A DNA stretch of 58,869 nt, filler included, from Sphacelaria rigidula (taxonomy: Eukaryota), in NCBI GenBank assembly GCA_964200075.2. It is 4 parts of 4 records of this genome, joined end to end, with 100 filler letters (N's around TTAATTAATTAA, not from the genome) between each part and the next. Parts side by side here need not be neighbours in the genome. Positions count along the whole stretch, not along the records: positions 14,746 to 29,389 come from CAXNAA020002129.1; positions 29,490 to 44,131 come from CAXNAA020002130.1; 2 more parts are not named here. One strand, given 5' to 3'. Shown piece by piece: positions 21,487 to 34,538 of this stretch; the stretch's first letter is position 1, and each line of letters begins with the position of its first letter. Under the pieces are notes generated by a model. It saw only the letters and a list, made by a program, of their open reading frames with translations, was not told the DNA's origin and searched no databases. The position numbers and the translations under genes are program-made.

Positions 21487-24400
21487 TTGCCGGAACATGG
21501 TCCGGACCTTGTCAGCGGTAAAGTTTCTGTGGATCCGGCCAATTTCACTACACTCGTCGCGATCCACTTTGGTGCGAACGCTACCACGCCTACGAGATGC
21601 GTATCCTCGTTGGACAGCGGAAGCCCGCAAATATTTCTTCAAGAATCAACATGGAAACACATGAAGCAGACTGGCGCTGCTACTGCAGCTTGCGAAACCA
21701 CCACGCAACCTCGGGTATGCGGCGGTTTCGGTGATTCTACCGCACCCCTGACGATACGAAAATCCGTACATCTCAGTGTACATTTTTTTCACAACACCAC
21801 TCGTTCTGCCAGCCATTTTCCACGAGAGCACCATGCATCACGCCATATTATTAGGCAGAGGTACTATATGCGGTTTGATAAACGAACCTACCGCACGCTT
21901 CCACCACCATCGCCACACTCCACGCCTCGTGGAGAATTCAACCTTGAACACTTTGGTACACTCCACGGCGCCCTGGCCTACCAAAAGAATACTCAAGCAA
22001 CCGGAGCTGTTTACCACCTACGATACAACGGTAGTGTTGGTAGTACACTCTCCGACGATCCTCAACTTCCAGAAGTTCCACAAGTTCACCGAAATGGCAT
22101 GCCTGCACTTACGGGTCAGTATCTTGCCGAAATGTTACCCCGTATTGGCGCATCAACCGACACAGAACATTTTGTATCAGCGGGACAACAACTCCTTCCT
22201 CTTACGGGTCATGCTGACTTGGAACCCGGTGATATTTTAGGAATCGACGCTGCTCCCCTGATGCACATCCCACTCGAGACGTGCGTAACAGAACCTGCCG
22301 AGAGCAACGCAACATCTCCGACGAAGTCAGTCCATTGTGTCGATGAACCTTATTTCGACCTCGCCTCTGTAACTCCACCCCAGGTCCACGCCGTGGATCC
22401 TGCCCAGTCAAATGCCGATCCTCCCACTAAAGTGCTCCAACGCTCATCACCAGACTCTCGGAATAGTTTCTTGCAAATGTGGAACCTATTGCCGCCACAC
22501 ATGCGTGATATCAAGTTTGACCTTCATGGGCCCGGCTGGGAACCAGCAGTCATCATCCGAGAAGTCAGCGATGCCCTGCTACAGTACCGAGACCGATTTT
22601 CCCGATCCAAGACGGATCCTGGGCACTGCAAAACGCTGCCCTCTGTGGTTACCCTCCAACCCGGCGTCTCGCCAATCTCTTCTCGACCATACCGGTCGGA
22701 CAAACCCAATCCTTACCAAGAAAGCAAATGTCATCTTGGATGCATAGTTGGGAGCGGGATGAATACAACATTTCTCTCCTTGGGCCTCGCCACTTGTGAT
22801 CGTTCCCAAGAAGGATGGAAACATACGCATAACCGTGAATTACCAACAGTTGAACCGCGTCACTGTGGTTGGTAAACTTCCAATCCCCCGCATTGATGAA
22901 GTCTTCGACTCCTTAGGCGAAGGAAACATATTCAGCACCTTCGATCTCGCTTCTGGATTTTTTCAGAATGCTATCCACCCTGACACAGTCCCACGGACGG
23001 CCTTTTGTACCTCGTCCGGATTCTACGAGTGGCTTCGAGTGCCACAAGTAGCTGCCACTGTCCCGGGATGCTTCCAACGCTTTGATGCAACGCGTCACCG
23101 AGGGCCTCGAGCACATCATCGTGTGCCTAGATGACGCTATCGCTTTCGATGTCTTACCTATTGCACGCATCCGCACTCTCCGAGAATTTCTCTCTCGCCT
23201 ACGAACACACGACTCGAAACTGTCTCCATCCAAAGCATGTCTTGATGCGACTGACTTGGATTTTCTGGGGCATTCCATTTCGCCAGCAGGCCTATATCCG
23301 GATACAAAGTCAGGGCGATGACTGACTTGCCGATGCCAACCGACACTTCTCAACTTCGCTCATTGTTGGGCGGACTATCCTACTACCGCAGATTTCTGCC
23401 GAATGTATCCAAACGGATTCGCCCCCTTACTGAGTTACTCAAGAAAGGAGCCGTCTTTTCCTTCACCAACGATATGGAAAATATCACCAGCGAACTGCTG
23501 AAAACGCTTACCGAAAGCCGGTACTCTGTGTTCCTCATTGGGAAGCAGTACAAGATGGCTCTCGCCTTTTCCAACTCCACACTGACGCCAGCACAGACGG
23601 ATTTGGAGGAGTTTTGAATCAACCTCAGGTTGATGGCTCCATTCGACGCATCCTCCACATCAGCCGCGCCACCCTGCCCAACGAGGCCAACTGTAGCCCG
23701 CTAGAATTGGAAGGCGGAGTAATCACCTGGGTCGTTAAGCGCCTTCGACAATATCTGTTTCACGTGCCCTTTGAGATTTACATGGACCACGGAGCACTCG
23801 AACAACTCGCCAAGGTTGGCGAACACAACTCGCGTGTACAGCGATGGTTGGAGTCTTTAACAGCATACTAGTATACCATTAAGCACCGTCCAGGCAAAAC
23901 CAACGGGGACACTGATCTTCTTTCTCGACTACCCCTGCTGCCTACGGCCGCAGATTCCAGCCCGGCTTGCCATTTAACGGAATCCGGTGAACCTGGGATT
24001 TACCCTATTAGACTTTTTTCAACGCCCGTTTATGCCCTCGACCCTCAGTGCCCAGAAACTGATATCATATGGGAGGACCTTGCCCTCTACCATATGACGC
24101 CATCTTGGGTAAATTAAAGCCCACCACCTCCGAGTTTGTCGATGTCCGCACTTTTGGTACTCGCGCGAAGCTTTTCACGGAGATACCTTCAGTCACCCAC
24201 CTAATCTCCGACAACACGCGCTCCCGGTCTGCCGCCCGTACCACCCCCCCGAGTGCCCCGCCGCCACCGATAACACCTACAAATTCCACGAGCCACGCAG
24301 CACCGATCCCACGGACCAGCACGCAACGCTCCGTAAAAACTACTGCAATGTGCACCACGCGCCGCGGACAATCTTCGCCGCACACTGCTACAATCCCGCC

Positions 24401-26760
24401 GCCCATAACGGCGCCACCAACACCTACCGCTTCGAGCATGGAGCCGACGACTCAGTCTCTGCTCCCGGGGCAGATATTGACGTCGGCATTTCTGCCCCGT
24501 CGCCTATTCCCCCGCTACCTACCCCACCATGTTTGGTGGGCTCTCCAGCGGAAGGTCAACTGCGCGAGTTTCTCCCCAGCTACTCTCATCGTGATTGGGC
24601 TCGTGAACAAAACGCGGAACCTTTATGTCGCGCAGTCATCTGGTACTTTCAGCTTGACTATCCAGTCCCTTTCTCATCCACCCTTCTGGTCCCGGTTGGC
24701 ACACTGTCACCCCCAGACATCTCTGACGTATATGAACTCGTGCGTAAAGGCGCCATTTCCACTACGGATGAAGGCGTGCAACTACTCGTGCGTCGCCCCA
24801 CGCCTTTGACGGGCGCACTTTCCGTCTCAACCACGGGACGCCACGCACGACTACTCAATGACGAACCAACGCGCATATATGTCCCATGGTTAATGCGCCC
24901 CTGGGTCATGAAAGGCTGTCACACAGACCTGTCATATCACCTTGGCGTCACTTGCACCCTAGCGCTCCTGGAGCGCTTCTTCTAGTGGGTTGGCATGAAA
25001 ATTTATACCCGCTTCTGGAATCGGCGATGCTTCAAATGCCAAGCTCGGAAAACTTCACGGCAGACAGTACGCTGGCCCGTCATCTCTATGGGACTCCACA
25101 ACGCCCCGGGCCACTTTGTGTGTTTTGACTACTTTGGCTCTCTACCGACCACAGGTCGCGGCAACACCTACATCTTACTCTTCGCTGAACGCTTCAGCCG
25201 CCACGCGTCCGTGTGCGCGATAACGGCTGCAGATTTCACTGCCGCCGGAACGGCCCATATATTGATCCACGACTACATTGAGCACTACGGTTGCCCGAAA
25301 CGACTCCTTTCAGGTAATGGTCAGCAATTTGCTCAGATCTCTCTGATGAGCTTTGCAAGCTCCTGAACATCCACAAAGTCTCCACGAGCGCCCACCACCC
25401 GAACGGTAACGGTTGTACCAAAAAAATAGTCACACCATGGCCCAGATGCTCTTTATGGTCGTCACCACCGACATGACTGGGACCTACGTCTCTCGCACAT
25501 CATGTTGTCCTACAACAACTCGGTTAACGCCGCCAAAGGCTTTTCTCCGAACGAACTCCATCTTGGACGTTACCCTCGGCTGCCCAATACCGTGTTTGAG
25601 CGTCACACGTTCGATGGCCACCAAGGATCGGATCAGGATCAGGTATCCTACCACGATCTAGCGCATTCACGACAACGCAAAGCGCTTATCCTCGTGCGCG
25701 AACAACACGCTATCAACGCCTCGCGCCTTGAGATATCTAATACTGCTCTCTACAACCTCATGCACAAACGCCCCAACTGGAAAGTTGGAGATTGGGCTTG
25801 GAACTACAACAGTTCATCGACCATCCGCCAAGGCACTAGCAAGGCAGCCAACGAAACAATTTTGAAGAAAACATTGTCCCTCATTTGGACAGGACCATTC
25901 AAGATCCTGACAGTCGGACCATCGCCAACATCACCGGATGATAAACCCGTTGGTGAAACTGCTCTATCTCGACCTGCCTCGCGACCTCCAGGGCGAGGAC
26001 ACCAAACCCAGCGTCTCCGTGCACTGATGCAAACCCTGCACGAACCCGCATGATAAAAGCGACATGCCGAAGAACTTGCCTGCCAGATTCACACAGTACG
26101 TTCTCAACAGCTACTCGACCAAGTCCCCGCCCTATCATGTTACCACCGACGACGTGACGGAACAGCACCTCCGATTGACCGTGTCCACCATCTCCTGCCA
26201 CCAGATCGCCCGTGGTCGAGGTGGGGAAAATGCTGTCATGTATAAGACCCACTGGCAAGGTCTTCGGAGAGCGTCTTGGAAACGCGAATCCGACCTTCAA
26301 TTTCACCGCCGTGCAATCCTCCTGTACTGGACGCAATCCCAACATCAGTATCTTGCTCATAGCAAGAAATATCGCAATATGCGTGATGCAGCAGCCCGCG
26401 AACTTCACCACGATCGAGGACTACGCTTTGTCGCCGATGGCTACGAACTTGTATTCACCAAGACTTTCAAGGCGAAGTTCTTCGCAAACCAGCGAATACT
26501 GCCCAAGGGCAGCTACCTGTGGTTCAAAGGCAGCGACAACCTTTGATAGTTGGTTCAGAACCACTCCGCGAACCTGGTTTCTGCCGACAAATACATCGTG
26601 GGCTTCATCGATGACCCTGGACCCATACAGCTCAAGCTCCGGCCAGTACTATACACCACCAGCCCATCTGCACCACGAGGATCCTGGTGTCTTCAGCAAC
26701 TCAAGTCCAAAGAACTTCGTCGCGGTATCCAGCGCAACATCGACCACACCCACGACGTCC
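21487..26760 (+). pseudogene. pol: pol polyprotein pseudogene (PR, RT, RNase H, integrase, chromodomain)
   Basis: Motifs as listed for the element. Catalytic YLDD is mutated to CLDD. A chromodomain-like segment VSTISCHQIARGRGGENAVMYKTHWQGLRRASWKRESDL lies at about 26182-26298. Confidence 0.9.
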
Positions 26761-29389
26761 ACGCACCGCTTTCAACCACGCTCCTTCACTGCAACATTTC
26801 TTCCCTTATTTGGTACATTTACCCTCCCTTCTTCGCTAGGACCCGACTCTACGATATCCACGACAGGACCCCCTACATCGGACGACGATCGGAAACTACT
26901 TGGAGCCACCCACCATCTACGACTACTGGAGCTCTAGTATCCCCTGTTGGCTGGCGCTCGATCCCGTTGGATCACCGATCCCCAGATTTTGTTTCCCTTG
27001 CTTCCGACCAACATGCGTTGGCCGCATACTGATCTTGCCGTTTTCTCTTTGGAATCCCTCAGATAAAAGCTCTGCTCCCTATCGTACCTTCCTGCTTTCC
27101 CCCTTCATTTTGCTAGAACGCCGAAGCAATTTGTGCTTCTTCGTTGTTCGCTAGCAGGCAGAAGCAGTTTGCGCTCCCGCGTTTCGAAGCAGTTTTTCCG
27201 CTCCTCGAAGGAGCATATGCTTCCCTTATTTTTGAGGTGTGGCAGTGGGTACGGGAGTGTTTTCTTAGGTGTACCTTCGGGGGTGTTTTCTTAGGTGTGC
27301 CTTGTTACCCGCGCATGACTTCACGAGCTAAGAAAAGCCATAGTTTTCGCTGTTTTTGAGGATAAATCCTTGCAGCTGTAATAAGGGTTCGTCTAGGTGT
27401 GTAAGTGTCATGAGGAGTATATTAGCCTGTAGTCATGCCGCCTCAGACCCGTCGACGGGTTCAGCTAGATATTGCATTTCAGGTTATTTCAAGGCTGCAG
27501 GTCTCTTCAGAGTTGGTTAGATACGAGTATGAACTCGTATATAGCGGGGGCTGATAACCGGTAAGACCGCCCTTGGAGGTCACTACATCTCATCCCACGC
27601 AAGGGAGTCTAACATCACGGTGAAACTGACTGGTTGAGCGTGAGAGATTAGATACGAAGGAGAGATTAGAATCAAGTAATCAAGAAGAGATATTACCTAC
27701 CTACGGGTGACATTCTGATACCTTGGACACATAAGTACGAGGGTGGTGCCCAGCGTTGAACACGCTGCAGGGTGTTTTTGCCTACGGCTCGGTTATCCAG
27801 CCTATTGTCTGCCCCCCTAGGCCTTGCCTAGTGAGGCGTGCTTGCCATACACGAGGCGCAACCCCACTACACATCTTCGTTTGCCCGGGAGATTTTTCGG
27901 TTGGTTGAGTAATGGCGTACATCGTATGAGTCCTCATGTTCCAGTTGCAGCGGATCTTCATAGAACCCCCTGTATTCGCCATTCCCATGGGCCAATTTGG
28001 GTTCTGTCCTTGTCAGAACACCAATCAACAATAAACATAGGCTTACTGAGAGCTGCATGCGAAAAGGAAGAGTTTCACATAAATTCCTGGCATGACTGAT
28101 GTGTACATTGTGCCACCACCTTGGTCGTTACCATAAGGCGCAGTTCTGAAGTTTCGTTAGGTGCTGTTGCGGTGCTAGTGAGTAGAGAAAAACATTGTAA
28201 ACATCATTCCATGGGATGATGATGAAGAGATTAATTCTCACTAGAAGCGTGATCGCGAAAACGTACGTCGATCTATCACTCCTGTATTTCCTCGTGTATG
28301 GTTGAAAGTGAGGTAATCGTCGCGGACTCTAACGTGCCGATGCCACCTGACACTGGCAAACATGTGATTTTTACGTACTCACGGATCCGAAGTCAGAGAT
28401 TATGCTACTTGCTCTTTGGTATCAGTTGACAACATCAATCAAGTGGAGTCTGAGACGACGGACTGCCTACTTTTTCTACACATACGGGAATATAGAGAAT
28501 GACAGATGAATGAAGATCTATTTTTGCAAATACTCGGAAAAGGAAAGGAAGAAATGAACTCAAGAACCAGGTGGGACTGAGCAAGAAAAGAACAACGATA
28601 ATTACTCACGCTTACAATAATACGCACGGTGGTGGTCGTCGAAAAGCACTTGCATCACTCTCCGAGCGAACGAAAACAGAAAGCACCACACCTTGATCCC
28701 ACTGCTCTCTCGAAGTCAAGAGAAGGAAGTATCAGGTCAAAACGACATTGATTTGCTCACTAGAGTAATACTGAAAACTGCGAAAAACAATAAATCAATC
28801 GTAACCCACCACGTCAAAATTGTGCGGGGTACAATATATCTACATATAAGCATACGGTCCGCGTATGTACGTGGGCAGTGATGATCAAGCGACTGGCACC
28901 GTGTATTGCATGGCAGACTTCTCCAGAGTCAAACCCCTGTAGTCCGTTTCCTGTGCTAAAACCAAGACCTCAGCTCCTCTCGGTGCTGGACCCCCTGCCT
29001 CAGACCGTGTTCGCCGCCCAGCCGCTCTTGCTGCAGCTTCACCCGCGGGTAACTTCCCCAGAATTGCCTGGGCGCGTGTGGACTCCATCTTCGCCAACAA
29101 CCGAGAAGGCGTGACCCCCTTGTACCTTTTTGTTTTTCGTCATTCATTTGTTGTTGGAGAGTTGACATGAGAGTTGACATGGGGAATGCCACCATCACAA
29201 TACATACATACGGATGTATGATTATACGACACTCGCAAGTTATTTTGCGATAACTGCGCGAGCAAGGCATTTGCATTTTGCGGTTGGCTGATACCGCGAC
29301 AACCCCCCGCCCCCCCGTGGAACGGTGCTCCATCTCGAAAGGGATGCGTGGTCAATGGTCAAACGACTAAGGCAAGCAACAAATGAGTA

Positions 29390-29489
29390 NNNNNNNNNNN
29401 NNNNNNNNNNNNNNNNNNNNNNNNNNNNNNNNNTTAATTAATTAANNNNNNNNNNNNNNNNNNNNNNNNNNNNNNNNNNNNNNNNNNNN
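29390..29489. other. Artificial scaffold-joining linker
   Basis: N44-TTAATTAATTAA-N44. Confidence 0.97.
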
Positions 29490-29811
29490 CCTTCGGCATC
29501 AGGACGGCAGTCTCTCCCGCAGGTCTCTGACTACTCTAGCGATACGCCTTCCCCACAAATATATATATATACATACATACATACATATGGGTGAGCACAG
29601 CGAGCGATCGAGCAGGCAGCTTGCTGTGCGAGCCCCGATCGTACTCTCACGGGTGGCAAGGAGGGGGCGCTGGAGGCGCCACCGGAGGCAAGAACAATGA
29701 GACGTTTTCGCATCATTTCTCATCATAATTTGTCCAAAGTGCGCCATCAAAACTGGTGATGTGCGGGTAGCTCATCGCAGCACAACAGTTACCGCACTAT
29801 TTCTACTCCAT

Positions 29812-30234
29812 TGTCGAGATGGCTGTAGGAGGATAATTGGCAAGGAAGGGTACTGCTGGTTGGCTAGAAGGATTGGTTCTGTTGATAAGAGGGTAGGAGG
29901 ATGCACATTCCGTGAAGAACTGACACCATTATCATGTGTTTCTTTGTCTGTTTTGATGAGTTGTGTTTACTTCTTCAGTTTGCGAAGGTCTACTTTACTT
30001 CCATGTCTACTTTGGTTGGCGGAGGCCTACGCCAGCGGTGGCCCGCTCTTGCTGCATGTCATCTTCACCATCAGAGCTCATTGAGAGCTGCAGGCGTGCG
30101 TACTTGTGGTCTACAGCTGTTAAGTGAACGCATCTATGTGTCTGTGTGTCCGTGTGCGATGTGGTAGTGCAAAGCCCCGGGCTGTCAATAAATCCCCCGT
30201 TCTCTGGTTTTATTCATTTCTTCTCGGTATAACA
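29812..30234 (+). mobile_element. Probable solo LTR (423 bp)
   Basis: Starts TGT and ends ACA. AATAAA lies about 45 bp before the end. Flanks ctcc(a)t and ctcct look like a 5-bp TSD with one inserted base. Confidence 0.45.
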
Positions 30235-31401
30235 CTCCTTTCTCAATCCAAACAATCGGTCAAACTATCGATCCCATTTTTGGATGTTCGATACAAAAAA
30301 CTTTGATCAACAGGATCGACTATATCGGTGCCGATACAAAACTCTAGTGCTTTCCGGTGTGGGGAGGAGCGCTGCATGGCGGATGGGCACCCATACACCA
30401 GCGTCTCAGCCCCGCGCCCAAGGTGCTTGGTCAGCATGTCCAACCTTTTCACTTGAAAATTTTCTAGTGTTAAAATCGGCATCTCTTTTACTCGACAAAG
30501 GTTATTTGTTCGTTTGTGAAATCGGCATCATTTTGAGATAATCTTGGACTGAAAATCATTTCGATTCAGCATATTGACACCTCCCGCGGTCAAAGGGTTG
30601 AAGAGTCATTTGAAAGAGATGTACACTCCACTGAACCTTCCATACTTCACACACCGTCGGATCTTTTGTGCGGAGAAAGCAGCAGAAGATCACGAGTTCT
30701 TGGTCGTTTGGCAATTCGGCCTCTTCGGGAAGGTGGAGATGAACGAAATATGGGTATCCTTGAGGCTGTTTGCGGTGTCCCCAGCAGTTCGTGCAAGGGT
30801 CACAATTGAACAAAAAGAGGGTATGATGTGAAGACAAGGATAATATTCTTGTAGACAGAATTTGAGTGTTATATCGCTTTGAGCCGACAGGAGGGTGTAC
30901 TCCACTGGTTTGATTACAAAATGTGGTGCTCCAACGAGGTCGAACAAAGGATCCTGAAAAATGAGGTTGAACACTCAAATGGGGTTGAAGTCGCCTTCCG
31001 AAAAGTCACATGTTATTTTACGTGAAACAGTTTTGCAAAACAACCAACTGAAGATTTTTTTGGTTTGTCGAAGCTTCCGCTCGCTTGCCTTGTCGCACTT
31101 TGTTGCTCCGGTGTCTCTGAAGTCATATATATCTTCTTTCGCACATTCGAAACGGCTCTCACCAGGTGAGTCACCAGGTGAGAGGAGGATGCTTTCGTCG
31201 GCTCTCTACGGGTTTCAGAACAAAATTGTTCCGGAGCTTTCTCAAACTCTCTCGAAATGATAGAAGAGGGAATACATTCATGAGAAGTACAGTGCCGCCG
31301 TTGGTGTTTCGGAACAAATTCTGACTGCCGGAAACGTTTTGTAGATGTGAAAAAAGAGGAATTTTCAAAGGTGGGAAACTCCCTGCCCCTTGCGAATTTT
31401 C

Positions 31402-32932
31402 CAAAGTTGAGTTCTGTAGGGCCCGGGTATGTTTTGTAGGGTATGAGAGTCCTTACAGAAGTTACAGAAATATCGGGTACCGGTATGAAAACCGTACAGA
31501 TGTTCCAGAACTTGTCGGGGGTAGGGTAAGAGAGGTTTACAGAACCCAAAGAATCTGTCGCGTACCGTATGTGGGGCTTACAGAAAAGCGTGCCGGCAAC
31601 CATGTATTTTCTTCAAGGGTATGCATGCCCGCTCCATGTGAGTAAACGTTATGTACACAACTCACAGAACCGGTATGAAAGTCTTACATAAGTCACAGAG
31701 CCGTAGGGAAAGGGTATGGATGCTTTAGGGTGGCTATTCCCGTTGCTGCGGTCGCCTTTTTACAAGGGATGACCGTTTTGTTACGGCGGCAGGATGGGCT
31801 TGCCACGCAGTAGTACATGTGAATAGGATCGTCACCTTCTATCGGCTTCACGTACTCTCCCCGAGAGTACATGAAGGAGCTTTCACGGCTGTCCGCTCTC
31901 TGAACACCCTTCGGCACCACAAAATTGTCGATTGCTTTGACGACTTCCGGTGGCAACTCATACAAGTCGCCGTTCATGCCGTGAATGGACTGGGGTTTGA
32001 CTAGCACGACACAACAACCACCATCAACGTCGATGACCTGCGCCTTACTACTCGGTACCCGTGGTGGCGCAGATGATCCACCCCTGCTCAAGCCACCACT
32101 CAAGTCCGGGGGTGATCTATCATGACGATCTGCAGTGCTGCTCATGTTTTGTGTTCCCCGTCGGCAGTACCTCGTAACCCGTCAGATTACAGTCTTTACA
32201 TCTTTGAGTTGTGGGTACGTGCAGTGCTGAGTGAAGGAGGCGGCTGGGTTGACTGATGGAAGGTACATGTTCAGATAATGAGGCTGTGTTTGGATTGAAC
32301 CTATATCCATACCTCCCCAAGGTATGTTCCTATGCTCGTATCTGCATCGGGTATATCTACAACGGTATACCCTAACCCCGGGTAAGGGTATAGGAGGCTT
32401 ACAGAGATTACAGCACAGTCGGGCACCGGTACTATATGAAAGTCATACAGGAATTACAGAAGTCGTCGGGTACGGTATGGGAGGCTTACAGTACCGGCAA
32501 CCGGGTATTTCTTCAAGGGTATACCCGCGCCCTAGGTAAGAATAAGCATCTTTTGCAAAAGTGACAGAACTGCCGGGTGAGGGTATAGGAGGCACACAGA
32601 ACTCACACAAAGGATGCATACAGAACTTACGGAAACTGTCGGGTAGGATATGGAGGTTGCACAGAAAACTGCACCTGCAGTTGGGTATCTTATCGAGAGG
32701 ATACCCGTGCCCCCGGTAACGGTACGGGAGGCTGACAGAACTCATAGAGCTATCGGGTAGGCGTATGAAAGTCGTGCCTATCGGGTAAGCGTATGAAAGT
32801 CCTACAAAGGTTACAGAACTGTCGGGTACCGATATGAAAGTCCCACAGAAGTCACACAACTGTCGGGTACGGTGAATACCCAGTAAATACCCCGGGTATA
32901 CAAAGAACGGTCCTTTACAGAACACAACCTTG
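31402..32932 (-). mobile_element. Internally deleted hAT-like DNA transposon with ~40-bp subterminal repeats
   Basis: TIRs caaagttgagttctgta / tacagaacacaaccttg (CA...TG ends). Arrays of tcgggta..ggtatgaaagtc..tacagaa lie at about 31420-31720 and 32360-32880. The TSD is degenerate. Confidence 0.65.
31693..32145 (-). pseudogene. N-terminal fragment of a putative transposase (BED-finger-like, truncated)
   Basis: ATG-started ORF ending YYCVASPSCRRNKTVIPCKK. A 1-nt shift gives GDRSN, resembling the first half of a BED finger (aromatic-C-x4-C...SN). The sequence then runs into subterminal repeats. Confidence 0.5.
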
Positions 32933-33333
32933 AAAAATTTTTGGGACTCGAACAAAACTACGGCACCATTTTCTTCCAATATGGGGGAATCCGATCAAAA
33001 GCGACTTCCCTCACCTGGTGAGAGCCATTTTGAATGTACGGATGGAGATATACGTATGCCTTTAGCGCCGGAGCAAGAATGCGCGACAAGGCAAGCTAGA
33101 GGGATTTCCAATAGACAAATAAAACACTTGCTTTGGCTGTTTTTGCCAAACTGTTTCACATAAAATGTGACCATTCGGAAGGCGATTTCAACCCCATTTG
33201 AGCTTTTTAACCCATTTTTCAGAATCCTTTATTCTCAACTTTTCCACGCACTAGCTAGCCCTGTTCCCATGTGTAATAAAAGAAGGAGTTCAGCATGCTG
33301 CCCAAGTGTGAGGCTGGCGCACTGGAGATTGCT

Positions 33334-33420
33334 TTAGAGGTACCCAGCCGGCGTGCAGCGCTGCTCCCCGCACCGAGAAGTGCACTGCCACATGTTGTCC
33401 CTGAATCCCCGAAGTATACC
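33334..33420 (-). CDS. Putative terminal exon of the unknown minus-strand gene
   Basis: Acceptor aaattag, then phase-0 GILRGFRDNMWQCTSRCGEQRCTPAGYL*, 115 bp downstream of exon 33536-33727. Confidence 0.35.
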   Translation of the reverse strand, partial: GILRGFRDNMWQCTSRCGEQRCTPAGYL

Positions 33421-33535
33421 CTAATTTTGTCAATTTCCCTTTTATATTGTCAAAGAAGAAAACACATGCATACAACTTTAGAAGACATGTCTCTCTTCGT
33501 ACTGTGCGTATATATGTTTCATTTGCAGGACAAAC

Positions 33536-33727
33536 CTGCTTGTAGTCGAGGAAGCTCATGTTTTTCTTCTTCACTCTACTCGACTCCTTCTCCGCGTCCG
33601 TCTGTGACCGCTCGTTCTCGCCCACTAGCTCGTCCAACGGTGCATTAGCGGGGGTGTGCATGTGCGGAGACTTCGGGTGTTGCTGCTGGAAGTGTTCCAG
33701 CTCCGCGTGCGATGCGTGGAGATTGTC
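33536..33727 (-). CDS. Putative internal exon of an unknown gene (64 codons)
   Basis: A pyrimidine tract and ccaccag acceptor precede a GC-rich open frame DNLHASHAELEHF...KKKNMSFLDYKQ, ending at donor CAG|GTTTGT. Phase 0/0. Confidence 0.55.
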
Positions 33728-34253
33728 CTGGTGGATCAAAGAGGGGGGCGAGAGGGGGTATATACATATACATACAAGAGTTTCGGCGGCTGTCGCCGCC
33801 ACGCTCAATGGATCGACAGCCAAGATACATGGGCACCGGTGATACTCGTGCGTGTTGCGTAATGGTACATGGCACGGTTTGGCAAAGCCGTAGCAACTCA
33901 TGGGCTGAGAACGGCAGTCTGTCTGGATCATGCTCATTTTTATTGGGTGAAATTGATGACGTTTAAACAGATGACCTACCATTCTCGCCGTCAAAGGGAA
34001 AATGGAGAGCGGCGGTAACATTTTGTCGTGTGTTCTGCTTGTCATGTGTGTGATAATGATGCCGATTCGATTTCATGTGAAATCGATGTCGATTCCACAA
34101 ACGACTCTTTTTGTTTTCTTTTCAGCCCGGAGAGGAACATGGATGACGAGGGTACGTACGAAGGCTTAACACAACCTATCACAAATCAAAGGTAAACCTG
34201 AGGAGTTGACCCCCTCCGCGAACCAATAACACATATAGTGGCAACGAATTTGA

Positions 34254-34351
34254 TCATTTGGCCGCCATGGTAAGTTATCTGATGAATCGGCACCACTTGC
34301 ACTTGAAAAGTTACTGCGTGGCCCAGATGACCTACCCTAATGGTCGAAGGA
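34254..34351. mobile_element. 98-bp piggyBac-like mini-element, copy 1
   Basis: Same length and sequence family as 39973-40070 (cagatgacctaccct...ggtc.aagg). Flanked by TTGA and TTAG, possibly decayed TTAA. Confidence 0.4.
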
Positions 34352-34410
34352 TTAGAACAATAAACATGAAGTGAAGTCGCATTTTTTGTACAGTACCCAC
34401 GATATAGTCG

Positions 34411-34538
34411 CCGTCCACTGTTGGGCATGGTGTGAGATCTCAGAGATCTCAGATCGTGTCACTGCACTGAGGTTCGAACTCGCGACCCAGCCGTCCAACG
34501 GTTTCAGGGTTACCAACTGAGCCACCGGGGCAACCGTC
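34411..34538 (-). mobile_element. tRNA-derived SINE
   Basis: Minus strand reads gacggttgccccggTGGCTCAGTTGGtaaccctgaaacc...gaGTTCGAACCtc (Pol III A and B boxes). There is no closing acceptor stem. A second copy is at 58806. The 3' end is approximate. Confidence 0.7.

Larger units (their letters stand above)
16861..27032 (+). mobile_element. Decayed Ty3/Gypsy retrotransposon internal region (extra ORF, gag, PR, RT, RNase H, IN, chromodomain)
   Basis: Domain order is PR-RT-RH-IN. Motifs: gag knuckle CINCSVQGHSIRDC (20291-20332); protease LDSG (21610-21621); RT IVPKKDGNIRITVNYQQLN, FSTFDLASGFFQ and CLDD (23124-23135); RNase H LHTDAS and MDHGAL; integrase H-H-C-C, DYFG and HHPNGNG; WTGPFKI. Many stops and frameshifts. 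No LTR pair recognised. Confidence 0.92.
30942..33233. mobile_element. Non-autonomous element with ~300-bp imperfect terminal inverted repeats
   Basis: gaacaaaggatcctgaaaaatg...ctcaaatggggttgaagtcgccttccgaa...ggctctcaccaggtgag is mirrored by ctcacctggtgagagcc...ttcggaaggcgatttcaaccccatttgag...catttttcagaatcctttattc. No clean TSD. Confidence 0.75.

Noticed and set aside
24982..26549. TGG-to-TAG/TGA stops in pol as RIP- or APOBEC-like hypermutation
   Set aside because: Too few events, and ordinary transitions create stops from these codons anyway. It cannot be tested without a consensus.
27406..27800. 3' LTR of the Gypsy element starting TGTCA
   Set aside because: The position is plausible, but I found no matching 5' copy or clear PPT, so boundaries cannot be supported.
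28968..29118. Isolated GC-rich minus-strand exon candidate (RLLAKMESTRAQAILGKLP)
   Set aside because: Weak splice sites, no partner exons and no recognisable domain.
31420..32880. ~40-bp repeats as a CRISPR-like array
   Set aside because: The units are degenerate and contiguous, with no unique spacers and no cas genes, in eukaryotic DNA. They are subterminal repeats inside TIRs.
34460..34535. tRNA gene
   Set aside because: A and B boxes are present, but the acceptor stem does not close and a diverged second copy exists. SINE is the better call.
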